Below, piece after piece: positions 20,225-29,416 of a DNA stretch of 64,000 nt. The DNA comes from Alphaproteobacteria bacterium. GTDB lineage: Bacteria; Pseudomonadota; Alphaproteobacteria; GCA-2731375. A model generated the notes under the pieces. That model was given only the letters and a program-made list of their open reading frames with translations. It had not been told where the DNA came from and made no database searches. The number at the start of each line of letters is the position of its first letter. The first letter of the stretch is position 1. The translations under genes were made by a program, and so were the position numbers. The stretch lies in contig JAVKFY010000053.1 of assembly GCA_040223615.1 (NCBI GenBank), forward strand, positions 395 through 64,394, in the 5' to 3' direction.

Positions 20225-21628
20225 ATGAATCTGGACTTCCTTGCGGACATAATCGGCGCCTTGCGCGCCGGCCTGTCGTTTTCGACCTACGACATCGCGG
20301 TGATGTCGCTGTCGGCCTTCGGCGTGGTGTTCGTGGCGCTGTTCGTGCTGCCGATCGGACTCCAACGGCTGGGCAGCTACCGCGAAACCAACCAACGGCT
20401 CAGCAGCCTGCGCCGCGACAAGGCCGAAGACAACAAGGTCTCGATGAGCGCGGTGATGAGCTGCTTCGCCGCCGCCGCGCACATGAGCAACGATGCGTCG
20501 AGCTACCTGCGCACCGTGCAGCGGCTGTCCAATCGCGGCGACGAGGGGCTGCCCGACTTCGGCACGTCGGAGGTGGCGCAGCGCTACTTCTCGACGGAGA
20601 AGCTTGGCCGCTCGGTGGTGCGCGATATGGCCTATGCGCTCGGCTTGCTGCTCACCGGCCTGGCGGTGATCTCGCTGGTTCTGAGCGCCATCGGCGGCAC
20701 CCGGCTGGCGCCGGACGGCAGCGATCTGGCGGCGATGGCGACCAATCCCTACACGGTGGCGGCGCCGGCCGTCGCCGCGCTGTTGCTGTTCGTGGCCGCG
20801 GAATCGATCTACCTCGCACAACGGCGCGAAATCCGCCGCATGTGCTGGATTCTGGACGAACTGTTCCTGGTGCCGGCCTCGCTGCTCACCGCGGAGCACC
20901 TGGTCGCTTCCCTGCGCGCCAGCGCCGACCGCCAGCGCGAGTCCATGTCCGGGCTGGCCGAGGACATCCGCCGCGCCATCGCCGACGGCCAGAACCGCTT
21001 CGCCGAGACGCTGCGCGCGCACGACGAGAGCTTTTTCGAGACCATGAGCGAGCGCCTGCGCGAGAGCCTCAAGGAGCCGACCAAGGCGCTGACCGACGCG
21101 GCCAAGGCCAACGCCAAGGATCAGACCGCCAAGGTCAAGGCGCTGGTCGAGGACCTGCTGAAGAACTACGTCGCCGAGCTGACCGCGATGGAGCGCAGCC
21201 AGCTCGAAGGCCTGAGGGACGTGCTCGCCGAGATGCTGACAGCGACCCAGGCGATCCACGATGCGTTCGACTCCGGCGCCGACCGTGTCGCCACCGACGC
21301 CGCCGAACGCGCCGCCGCCCTGACCCAACGCCTGGAGGACTTGATTTCCGAGGACTTCGGCCATTCCGTACGCGGCATCCGCACCGCCAGCGACAGCTTG
21401 CAGGAGGCCAGCGGCAGTCTGCGCGACACCGTGACGCAGCTCCAGGAGACGATCGCCGCGCTGCCGGCATCGATGCCGGCGCCAGCACCGGCGCCCGAGC
21501 CGGAACCGACTCGCCGAAGCAGTCGCTCTGCCGTCCCGGATCGACGCACCTCCAACGAGATTGCCGATATATTAGGCGAATTCCAAGAAGAGGCGGATAA
21601 GCTCTCGCGCTCGCTCGGCCGCCGTTGA
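20225..21628 (+). CDS. Hypothetical membrane protein with long coiled-coil region
   Basis: Predicted TM helices in the N-terminus (VMSLSAFGVVFVALFVLPIG and LGLLLTGLAVISLVLSAIG). The C-terminal half is Ala/Glu/Arg-rich and alpha-helical, with an acidic, Pro-rich tail. No family recognised. A TTG at 20201 is an alternative start. Confidence 0.5.
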   Translation: MNLDFLADIIGALRAGLSFSTYDIAVMSLSAFGVVFVALFVLPIGLQRLGSYRETNQRLSSLRRDKAEDNKVSMSAVMSCFAAAAHMSNDASSYLRTVQRLSNRGDEGLPDFGTSEVAQRYFSTEKLGRSVVRDMAYALGLLLTGLAVISLVLSAIGGTRLAPDGSDLAAMATNPYTVAAPAVAALLLFVAAESIYLAQRREIRRMCWILDELFLVPASLLTAEHLVASLRASADRQRESMSGLAEDIRRAIADGQNRFAETLRAHDESFFETMSERLRESLKEPTKALTDAAKANAKDQTAKVKALVEDLLKNYVAELTAMERSQLEGLRDVLAEMLTATQAIHDAFDSGADRVATDAAERAAALTQRLEDLISEDFGHSVRGIRTASDSLQEASGSLRDTVTQLQETIAALPASMPAPAPAPEPEPTRRSSRSAVPDRRTSNEIADILGEFQEEADKLSRSLGRR

Positions 21629-21799
21629 CCGGCGTCGAAATTCTTTACACTTTCGCGACCATCACCCTACCCCGCTCCGGATAACCTATTGAGCATCCTT
21701 ACTCGGACCCGCTTGGCCCGAATTATGCTTAATATCATTCGGTGAGGGCCGCGCCCGTCCTGGGTTTGCGGAAAACAATAAGGTGCGGAGCGAACTATC

Positions 21800-22135
21800 G
21801 TGCCTCAAACTATCGGTCTCAACACGCGTAAGCCGGTCGAAATCGGCGCACCGGACCTGGCCGCCGAATTGGCGGAACGCTTCATCAACGTCCTGGCCGA
21901 GAAGAGCTGGGCGGAGCGGCTGGACGTGCTGATGGAACTGCACGATCAACTACGCGACGATATCGAGAATTTCGCGATGTTTTGCGAAGTCTTCCCGATG
22001 TTCATCGGCAAGCTTGTCGAGCAACTGGGCGGCGGCGTGATCAATTCGCAAGAGCAGGCGCACGTCTACGCCAATTCCGCAGTCGCCGGGCATCGGCAGG
22101 CCGCCGGCGACTGGTTTCGCGCCAACGCCGCATAG
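21800..22135 (+). CDS. Hypothetical small protein (GTG start)
   Basis: 111-aa ORF after an AT-rich intergenic tract. No family recognised. Confidence 0.4.
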   Translation: MPQTIGLNTRKPVEIGAPDLAAELAERFINVLAEKSWAERLDVLMELHDQLRDDIENFAMFCEVFPMFIGKLVEQLGGGVINSQEQAHVYANSAVAGHRQAAGDWFRANAA

Positions 22136-22171
22136 CGGCTGCTCGGCGCAGGCAACGCGGATGGGTCTGGA

Positions 22172-23272
22172 TTAGCCCCAGACCCGCTGACTCAGCGCGA
22201 CCGTCAGGTCGAGCTTGCGGCGCTGGTCGTCGGCCGTCAGGGCGTTGCCGTGATAGGTGCTGGAAAAGCCGCATTGCGGGCTCAGGCACAGCCGGTCCAG
22301 CGGCACGTGGCGGCTGGCCTCGTCCAGCCGGCGCACGATCCGGTCCGGATCTTCCAGTTCCGGCGTCTTCGATGTGATCAGCCCGACGACCACCAGCGTC
22401 TCCGGGCGCACGAAACGCAGCGGTTCAAAACCGCCGGCGCGGTCACTGTCATATTCGAGGAACAGCCCGTCGACCTTCAGGCCGCCGAACACCGCCTCGG
22501 CGACCGCCTCGTAGCCGCCTTGCGCCACCCAGCTCGACTTGAAGTTGCCACGACACATGTGCGTGGTGACCACCAGATCCGGCGGCCGGTCGGCGATCAC
22601 CCGGTTGATCAGGTCGACATAGAGTGCGCAGGTCGCGTCCGGATCGTCGCCGCGCGCCTCCAGTGAATTGCGCATCGTCGCGTCGCACAGATAGGCGAAG
22701 CTGACGTCGTCGATCTGCAGGTAGCGCAGCCCCAGGTCGTAGAGCGCCTGGATCTCCGCCCGATAGGCCACGACCACGTCGTCCCAGAACCTATCCAGGT
22801 CGGGATAGATCGACGCGTCGATGCCGGCCCGTCCGGGACGCAGGTGATACAGTGCCGGACCCGGAATGGTCAGCTTCGCGGTTCCCGACGTCGCCGCCGC
22901 GAGGAACTTGAAGGGTTCGGTGAAGATGCCGTGGCCGTGGCGCACCTTGCCGACGACCTTGGTCACCGGCGGCCGCTCGCCGCTGGCGAAGCTCGGCGCG
23001 GCGGTCTCGTAGGCAAGCTCGATGCCCTCGAAGCCGGCCAGGAAATCCAGGTGCCACCAGTCGCGCCGGAACTCACCGTCGGTGATGCCCTGCAAGCCGG
23101 CCGCGGCCTGCAGCGCCACCGCCTCGCGCACCGCCTCGTCCTCAACCTCGCGCAACTCGTCGCTGGTCACCTCGCCCTGGCGCCAGCCCTCGCGCAGTTC
23201 CAGCAATGATCGCGGCCGCAGCAGGCTGCCGACGTGATCGGCCCGAAATGGCGGCTTATCGCGTTGGCTCAT
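22172..23272 (-). CDS. Cobalamin-independent methionine synthase (MetE) C-terminal-domain-like methyltransferase, single-domain form
   Basis: DHVGSLLRP... and the C-terminal ...CLSPQCGFSS... (Zn-binding Cys) resemble the MetE/UROD-like family. Length 366 aa. Confidence 0.7.
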   Translation of the reverse strand: MSQRDKPPFRADHVGSLLRPRSLLELREGWRQGEVTSDELREVEDEAVREAVALQAAAGLQGITDGEFRRDWWHLDFLAGFEGIELAYETAAPSFASGERPPVTKVVGKVRHGHGIFTEPFKFLAAATSGTAKLTIPGPALYHLRPGRAGIDASIYPDLDRFWDDVVVAYRAEIQALYDLGLRYLQIDDVSFAYLCDATMRNSLEARGDDPDATCALYVDLINRVIADRPPDLVVTTHMCRGNFKSSWVAQGGYEAVAEAVFGGLKVDGLFLEYDSDRAGGFEPLRFVRPETLVVVGLITSKTPELEDPDRIVRRLDEASRHVPLDRLCLSPQCGFSSTYHGNALTADDQRRKLDLTVALSQRVWG

Positions 23273-23284
23273 GCGGATGCCCCC

Positions 23285-24121
23285 TCAGGCCGTCAGGAAC
23301 GGGCGGTCGCCGCTGATCGTCACCCGGTGACCCTTGCGCTCGTCCGGCCAGTAGTCCCAGATCGCATGGTGTTGCAGGCAGCGGTTGTCCCACAGCGCCA
23401 CGTCGTTCGGTGCCCAGCGGAACCGGCACATGAACCGCGGCTGCTCCAGGTGCCGGAACAGGAAATCGAGCAGCGCCCGGCTCTCCGCCGGCGCCAGGTC
23501 CTCGATGCGGGTGGTGAACGAGCTGTTCACGTAGAGCGCCTTGCGGCCGGTCTCCGGGTGCGTGCGCACCACTGGATGCGACGCGCTGGGATACTCACGG
23601 CCGCCGTCGTCGACGCCCCGGTCAGCATAGCGGCCACGGTAGATATGCTCCGACTCGTGCCGCGCGGTCAGTGTGCAAAGAAACCGCTGCAACGCCGGCG
23701 ACAGCGCCTCGTAGGCGGCATACATCGACGCGAACAGCGTATCGCCGCCGGACGCCGGCAAGAGGTGCAGCTGCAGCATGGTCGCGGCCGGCGGTTCGGT
23801 ATCGCAGCTCACGTCGGTGTGCCAGGCATTGCCGTTGGCGATCTTCGAGCCCTTGTGGGCGTGAATCACGAACACCTCGGGCATGCCGTCCAGGTGCGGC
23901 GCGGCAGGATGCACGTGCAGGTCGCCGAACATCCGGCCAACCTCGACCTGGCGCTGCGGCGTCATCGGCGTCTGGTCCTTGAAGAACAGCACCTGGTTGT
24001 CGAGGAAGGCGCGGTGCACCTGCTCGAACTCGGCCTGGCTCAGACCCTTGGCCAGGTCAACGCCACGGATTTCGGCGCCGAGCGTCGGCGTCACCTTGCT
24101 GACCTGGATGTTGCCGCCCAT
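23285..24121 (-). CDS. TauD/TfdA-family Fe(II)/2-oxoglutarate-dependent dioxygenase
   Basis: ...VHPAAPHLDGMPEVFVIHAHKGSKIANGNAWHTDVSCDTEPPAATML... carries the HxD...H facial triad and the WHTD motif. Start is taken at MGGNIQ (ATG 24121). Confidence 0.8.
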   Translation of the reverse strand: MGGNIQVSKVTPTLGAEIRGVDLAKGLSQAEFEQVHRAFLDNQVLFFKDQTPMTPQRQVEVGRMFGDLHVHPAAPHLDGMPEVFVIHAHKGSKIANGNAWHTDVSCDTEPPAATMLQLHLLPASGGDTLFASMYAAYEALSPALQRFLCTLTARHESEHIYRGRYADRGVDDGGREYPSASHPVVRTHPETGRKALYVNSSFTTRIEDLAPAESRALLDFLFRHLEQPRFMCRFRWAPNDVALWDNRCLQHHAIWDYWPDERKGHRVTISGDRPFLTA

Positions 24122-24132
24122 GACCTTGCTCC

Positions 24133-24954
24133 TCAAACCGGCCGGTCGCCCTTGACGGTGACCCGATGGCCGCTGCGGGTTTCGGGATAGTAGTCCCACA
24201 TCGCATGATGCTGGGCGCAGCGATTGTCCCACATCGCGACCGAGTTCAGCCGCCATCGGAACCGGCACTGGAACTGCGGCTTGGCGGCATGCGCGAACAG
24301 GAAGCGCAGGATCGCGTCGCTCTCGTCCCTCGGCACGCCGTCGACATGGGTGGTGAAGACACTGTTGACGAACAGCGCCCTGCGGCCGGTCTCCGGATGG
24401 GTACGGACCATCGGGTGCGACGCGGCGGGATACTCGCGCGCCGGATCGAGCCGGCCGGCGCGGCGTGCGCGGTCGCGATAGTTCGGCCCGCCGTCGTGCG
24501 TCGCCGTCATCCCCTCCAGGTAGCGTTTCATCGGCGCCGACAGCGCCTCGTAGGCCGCGTACATCGACGCGAACAGCGTGTCGCCGCCATTCTCCGGCAC
24601 CACGTGCAGCTTCAGAATCGAGGCCATCGGCGGCTCGTCGTCGCAGCTCACGTCGGAATGCCAAGCGTCGCCGGCGGTGCGCGAGGTCTTGTCGTCGGCG
24701 TGGATCACCAGGATTTCCGGATGATCCTCGATCGCGGTGTCCAGACCCGTCGGATGGATGTGCAGCGCGCCGAACCGCCGCCCGAAGGCCTTGTGCTGGT
24801 CGATCGAGATGTCCTGGTCGCGGAAGAACAGCACCTGGTGGTCCAGCAGCGCTTGATGCACCGCGTCAAAGCCGGCGTCGTCCAGCGCACCGAGGTCGAC
24901 ACCCTCGATCTCGGCGCCGATCACGGGTGTCAGCGGCCGGCATGCGATCGCCAT
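24133..24954 (-). CDS. TauD/TfdA-family Fe(II)/2-oxoglutarate-dependent dioxygenase, tandem paralog
   Basis: ...IHPTGLDTAIEDHPEILVIHADDKTSRTAGDAWHSDVSCDDEPPMASIL... is collinear with the neighbouring paralog. Start taken at MAIACRPLTP. Confidence 0.8.
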   Translation of the reverse strand: MAIACRPLTPVIGAEIEGVDLGALDDAGFDAVHQALLDHQVLFFRDQDISIDQHKAFGRRFGALHIHPTGLDTAIEDHPEILVIHADDKTSRTAGDAWHSDVSCDDEPPMASILKLHVVPENGGDTLFASMYAAYEALSAPMKRYLEGMTATHDGGPNYRDRARRAGRLDPAREYPAASHPMVRTHPETGRRALFVNSVFTTHVDGVPRDESDAILRFLFAHAAKPQFQCRFRWRLNSVAMWDNRCAQHHAMWDYYPETRSGHRVTVKGDRPV

Positions 24955-25148
24955 CGCGATCTCCTCCCGCATGTTCTGATTGCCGACACTGTACCGGGTC
25001 GGCCGCGCCCGGCCAATTCGCCGCCGCCGGCCACCGACATGCGGAATTTTTTCCATTCGGCTAACGTAAGCGTGATCGGGGCGTCACGCGCGACGGGACA
25101 GACCGCGTCAGGCTGCGTCCCAGAACCATCGACAAAGGGGAAGTCCAC

Positions 25149-25943
25149 ATGTTCCGCAAGCTATTCGGCCCGCTGCTGGGCGGGTTGGCGCTGGCCGCGT
25201 TCGCGCTCGGCGCCGCGACGGCGGCCGAGGTCACCTGGTACGGCCAGGCCGCGTTCAAGATCGTCTCGCCGGGTGGCAAGGTCATCGTGATCGATCCGTT
25301 CATCACCAAGAACCCGAAGACCCCGGCCGACATGAAAGACCTGTCCAAGATCGGCAAGGTCGACCTGATCCTGGTCACGCACGGCCATTTCGACCACACC
25401 GCCGACGTCGTCGAGTTGGCCAAACTGACGGGCGCCAAGGTGGCGATGAACGCCGACATGGGCACCACCTACGAGACCCTGGAACTGCTGGCGAAGGAGC
25501 AGCTGATCCGCTTCAACAAGGGCAACGGCCTGCAGCCGATCGAAGGCGTCACGGTCTACATGACCCGCGCCGAGCACAGCTCCACAGTGCTGCATAAGGG
25601 CGTGGCGCATCCCGGCGGCGAGCCGGTCGGCTACGTCATCGAACTGGAGGACGGCAAGAAGATCTACCACTCTGGCGATACCGGCGTGTTCGGCGACATG
25701 GGCTGGATCGGCAGCTACTACGGCATCGACCTGGCGCTGATCTGCATCGGCGGCCACTTCACCATGGATCCGAAACATGCCGCCTACGCCACCAGGGAGA
25801 TGCTGAAGCCGAAGGTCGTGATGCCGATGCACTACGGCACCTTCGGCCTGCTGAAGGGCACGCCGGAGCAGTTCAAGGCGGCGCTCGGCGACTGGTCAGG
25901 CGAGGTCGTGGTGATGCAGCCGGGCGACACCCGCACCTTCTGA
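25149..25943 (+). CDS. Metallo-beta-lactamase-fold metal-dependent hydrolase (UPF0173/UlaG-like), secreted
   Basis: Signal peptide MFRKLFGPLLGGLALAAFALGAATAA. The MBL motif is present as LILVTHGHFDHTADV. Confidence 0.8.
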   Translation: MFRKLFGPLLGGLALAAFALGAATAAEVTWYGQAAFKIVSPGGKVIVIDPFITKNPKTPADMKDLSKIGKVDLILVTHGHFDHTADVVELAKLTGAKVAMNADMGTTYETLELLAKEQLIRFNKGNGLQPIEGVTVYMTRAEHSSTVLHKGVAHPGGEPVGYVIELEDGKKIYHSGDTGVFGDMGWIGSYYGIDLALICIGGHFTMDPKHAAYATREMLKPKVVMPMHYGTFGLLKGTPEQFKAALGDWSGEVVVMQPGDTRTF

Positions 25944-26071
25944 GCCGGACCGCCAGACATGGCGATCCGAACGTAAGTCCAGTAGCCACAAAACGTACGG
26001 TCCAACAGGGGCGGTCCGGTCAAACGGGCCGCCCTTTTTCGTAGACTTGCGGAACCAGCCAGGAGCCGCCG

Positions 26072-27703
26072 ATGTCCGCCACCACGATCCTTTCCGCCCG
26101 CAAGATCATCACCATGAACCCGAACCGGCCGGAGGTGAGCCACGTCGCCATCCGCGACGGCCGCATCCTTGGCGCCGGGTCGTTGGCGGAACTGGAGGGC
26201 TGGGGCGACTACGCCATCGACGACCGCTTCGCCGACAAGGTGCTGATGCCCGGCTTCGTGGAGGGCCACAGCCACCTGATGGAGGGCAGCATCTGGAAAT
26301 ACGCCTACTGCGGCTACATGCCCCGCATCGGCCCGGACGGCACCCGCTATGACGGCCTGGAGAACATCGAGGCCGTGGTCGACTGGCTGCAGCGCTGCGA
26401 GGCCAGGCTGACCGACCCGGACGAGCCGCTGGTCGGCTGGGGCTTCGATCCGATCTACTTCGCCGGCCGGCGCATGGTGAAGGCCGACCTCGATCGCGTC
26501 TCCACCACCCGGCCGATCGTCATCATCCACTCCAACTTCCACCTGGTCAGCGTCAACTCGCTGCTGCTGGAGCGCTCCAACATCACCGCCGCGACCAACG
26601 TCGACGGCGTCGCCAAGGACGCCGATGGCGAGCCCAACGGCGAACTGCAGGAAATGGCGGCCAAGTTCATGGCGCTCGACACCATCGGCCTGAACTACGC
26701 CGCCGAGACCGCCCAGGCCCAGGGCTTGCGCAACTTCGCCAACATCGCGGTGCGTACCGGCACCACCACGGCGACCGATCTGGTCAACACGCTGACCGAC
26801 GACATCCTCGCCGCCCTGCTGGCGGTGACCGGCGCTGACGACTATCCGGTCCGCCTGGTGCCGGCCTTCCACGGCGACAGCCTGCCACCGGCGGAAGGTG
26901 CCGCGCGCGCCGTGGCGCTGAAGCGCAAGACCACCGACAAGCTCAAGCTCGGCATCGTCAAGCTGGTCACCGACGGCTCGATTCAGGGCTTCACCGGCCG
27001 GCTGCGCTGGCCCGGCTACTACAACGGCGCCGCCAACGGCGTCTGGAATGTCGGCCCGGACCGGCTGGAGGCCGTGGTCGCCGCCTACCACGACGCCGGC
27101 TGCCAGGTCTTCATCCATACCAACGGCGACGAGGCCATCGAAGTCGCCATCGACGCCGTCGAGGCGGTGACCCGGCGCAACCCGTGGGGCGACCACCGCC
27201 ACACATTGCAACACTGCCAGATGGCCGACGCGGCGCAGTTCCGGCGCATGGCCAGCCTGGGCATGTGCGCCAACCTGTTCGCCAACCACCTGTACTACTG
27301 GGGCGACCAGCACTATGGCGTGACCATGGGGCCGGAGCGGGCCGACCGCATGGACGGCTGCGCCACGGCGATGGCCAGCGGTGTCCCGTTCGCGATCCAC
27401 TCCGACGCGCCGGTCACGCCGCTCGGCCCGTTGTTCACCGCCTGGTGCGCGGTCAACCGCACCACCGTGTCGGGCCGCGTGCTCGGCGAGGCGGAGCGCA
27501 TCCCGGTCGCCGACGCCCTGCGCGCGATCACGCTCGGCGCCGCCTACACGTTGAGACTGGACCACGAGATCGGCTCCATCGAGGTCGGCAAGCAGGCCGA
27601 CTTCGCGGTGCTGGACGACGATCCGCTCGGCGTCGCACCCGAGGTGCTCAAGGACGTGCCGGTGTGGGGCACCATCGTCGGCGGCCACGCGTTCCAGGCA
27701 TGA
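26072..27703 (+). CDS. Amidohydrolase-family protein (Amidohydro_3 / YtcJ-like metal-dependent hydrolase)
   Basis: ...LMPGFVEGHSHLMEGS... is the HxH metal site. Length 543 aa. Later motifs ...IHTNGDEAIEVAIDA... and ...FAIHSDAPV... also fit. Confidence 0.8.
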   Translation: MSATTILSARKIITMNPNRPEVSHVAIRDGRILGAGSLAELEGWGDYAIDDRFADKVLMPGFVEGHSHLMEGSIWKYAYCGYMPRIGPDGTRYDGLENIEAVVDWLQRCEARLTDPDEPLVGWGFDPIYFAGRRMVKADLDRVSTTRPIVIIHSNFHLVSVNSLLLERSNITAATNVDGVAKDADGEPNGELQEMAAKFMALDTIGLNYAAETAQAQGLRNFANIAVRTGTTTATDLVNTLTDDILAALLAVTGADDYPVRLVPAFHGDSLPPAEGAARAVALKRKTTDKLKLGIVKLVTDGSIQGFTGRLRWPGYYNGAANGVWNVGPDRLEAVVAAYHDAGCQVFIHTNGDEAIEVAIDAVEAVTRRNPWGDHRHTLQHCQMADAAQFRRMASLGMCANLFANHLYYWGDQHYGVTMGPERADRMDGCATAMASGVPFAIHSDAPVTPLGPLFTAWCAVNRTTVSGRVLGEAERIPVADALRAITLGAAYTLRLDHEIGSIEVGKQADFAVLDDDPLGVAPEVLKDVPVWGTIVGGHAFQA

Positions 27704-28593
27704 CCCCGCTCACCGTCATCGGCGGCTTTCTCGGCGCCGGCAAGACGACGTTGCTGAACAACCTGCTGCGCGCCCGGACCGGCGTGCGGCTGGCGGTGCT
27801 GGTGAACGACTTCGGCGACCTGGCGATCGACGGCGACCTGATCGCCGCGCACGACGGCGACACCATCACGCTGGCCAACGGCTGCGTCTGCTGTTCGATG
27901 GGCGACGACCTGCTGCGCGGGTTGATGACGGTGATGGCGCGACCCGAGCCGCCGGAGCAGATCCTGATCGAGGCGTCCGGCGTCGCCGACCCGAAGCCGA
28001 TCTCCGATGTCGGCGAACTGCACCCGAAGCTCACCCGCGACCTGGTGATCGTGCTGGCCGACGCGGAGACCCTGGCCGAACGGCACGCCGACCGGCGGCT
28101 GAACGACACCGTCGAACGCCAACTGCGCGCCGCCGACCTGGTGTTGCTGAACAAGTGCGACGTCGCCAGCGATGCCGCCAAGGACGCCGCCCGCGCCCTG
28201 ATCGCGCGGCTGGCGCCGGCCGCCAAGCTGGTCGAGACCAGCCAGGCCGCGCTCGATCCGGCAGTGCTGACGCTGCCGGCGCTGCCGCACCAGCCGGCGC
28301 CGCCGCACCATCACGACCAGCAGTTCAGCACCGTGACGCTGCGCCGCGACGCTCCCTACGCCCGCGCCGATCTCGAAGCGAAGCTGGCGGACCTGCCCGA
28401 CGCGGTGTTGCGTGCCAAGGGTCCGGTGCGGCTGGACGATGGCCGGACCTGGCTGGCGCAGCGCGCCGGCCGCCGCCTCGACCTGTCCGCCTGGCCCGGC
28501 GCGCCCAGCCGCACCCGCCTGGTCATCATCGGCACCGCCGACATGCCGGATGTGAACTGGTTCGCGCGCACATTTGACGCCGAGGTCGATTGA
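27700..28593 (+). CDS. CobW/COG0523-family G3E GTPase (metallochaperone)
   Basis: MTPLTVIGGFLGAGKTTLLNNLL is the P-loop. A GCVCCS (CxCC) metal motif is present. The ATG overlaps the amidohydrolase stop (ATGA). The ORF-track start at 27184 is an in-frame upstream extension. Confidence 0.8.
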   Translation: MTPLTVIGGFLGAGKTTLLNNLLRARTGVRLAVLVNDFGDLAIDGDLIAAHDGDTITLANGCVCCSMGDDLLRGLMTVMARPEPPEQILIEASGVADPKPISDVGELHPKLTRDLVIVLADAETLAERHADRRLNDTVERQLRAADLVLLNKCDVASDAAKDAARALIARLAPAAKLVETSQAALDPAVLTLPALPHQPAPPHHHDQQFSTVTLRRDAPYARADLEAKLADLPDAVLRAKGPVRLDDGRTWLAQRAGRRLDLSAWPGAPSRTRLVIIGTADMPDVNWFARTFDAEVD

Positions 28594-28627
28594 CGCAAGT
28601 TCGCGGCGCCCTGCGACCCACCGGCGC

Positions 28628-28661
28628 CGTCATGCCGGCCTTGAGCCGGCATCCATGTCGA
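28628..28661 (-). repeat. REP-like palindromic unit (exact reverse complement of 55427-55460)
   Basis: CGTCATGCCGGCCTTGAGCCGGCATCCATGTCGA here is the reverse complement of TCGACATGGATGCCGGCTCAAGGCCGGCATGACG at 55427-55460. Confidence 0.6.
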
Positions 28662-28741
28662 AGACGTAGTCGGGCAAATCGTCGCTGACGCCCTACCGGC
28701 GTCACCATGGCCCACGGTTCAAGTCCGGGGTGCCGACGAAC

Positions 28742-29416
28742 CTATCGCGGCTGCGGCTGTGCCTGCTGCGGGTCGATGGCGAAGAAGAAGAGCTGCACCA
28801 GGCGGCCGTTCTCCTTGTTGTCGCCGAAGGAGAGACCGGCGGTGTGCCATAGCCAGGGACGCAGCAGGATCAGCCGGTTGAACCGCATCGGGATCGTCAT
28901 CAAGTGCTCCCACTTGTCGGGATCCCTGCTGTCCGCGTCCATGATGCGGTCGGCGGCTTGCGGATAGTTGGCGGCGCCGAACTTCTTCAGCTCCGGCTCG
29001 TAGAGCGGCGCCCGGTCCATGCCGGTCGGCTTGTGCCGGTAGAACTCGGTCCCGCCTTGGCAATGTTCCGGCAAGGTCAGGTAGACGATGCCCGACCAGT
29101 AAAGCGTCGGCGCGGCGCCTTCGGCGTTCATCAGCACGTCGCTGTGCACGTTGGAGCGCCGCTGCGCGTCGTCACCGGCCAGCGATACCCGAAAGCGCCC
29201 GTGCGACGACGGGTTCGCCTTGAACGCGACCAGCGGCTCGCTGACGATCCGGCTGATGCCCTGGTCGAGGCCGCCGACCTCCATGACCTGCGCGGAGTTG
29301 CGGCCGGGGAAATTCTCGACGACCTCGGGCTCGGGATAGTCCATCGAGAGCGCGATCCGCCGTACTTCGTGCGGGTCGTCGTAGAAGTCGTCGATCACCA
29401 TGAATGAAGCGTACAT
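28742..29416 (-). CDS. DUF6445-like hypothetical protein
   Basis: MYASFMVIDDFYDDPHEVRRIAL... resembles the N-terminus I associate with the DUF6445 family. The assignment is from memory only. Confidence 0.45.
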   Translation of the reverse strand: MYASFMVIDDFYDDPHEVRRIALSMDYPEPEVVENFPGRNSAQVMEVGGLDQGISRIVSEPLVAFKANPSSHGRFRVSLAGDDAQRRSNVHSDVLMNAEGAAPTLYWSGIVYLTLPEHCQGGTEFYRHKPTGMDRAPLYEPELKKFGAANYPQAADRIMDADSRDPDKWEHLMTIPMRFNRLILLRPWLWHTAGLSFGDNKENGRLVQLFFFAIDPQQAQPQPR

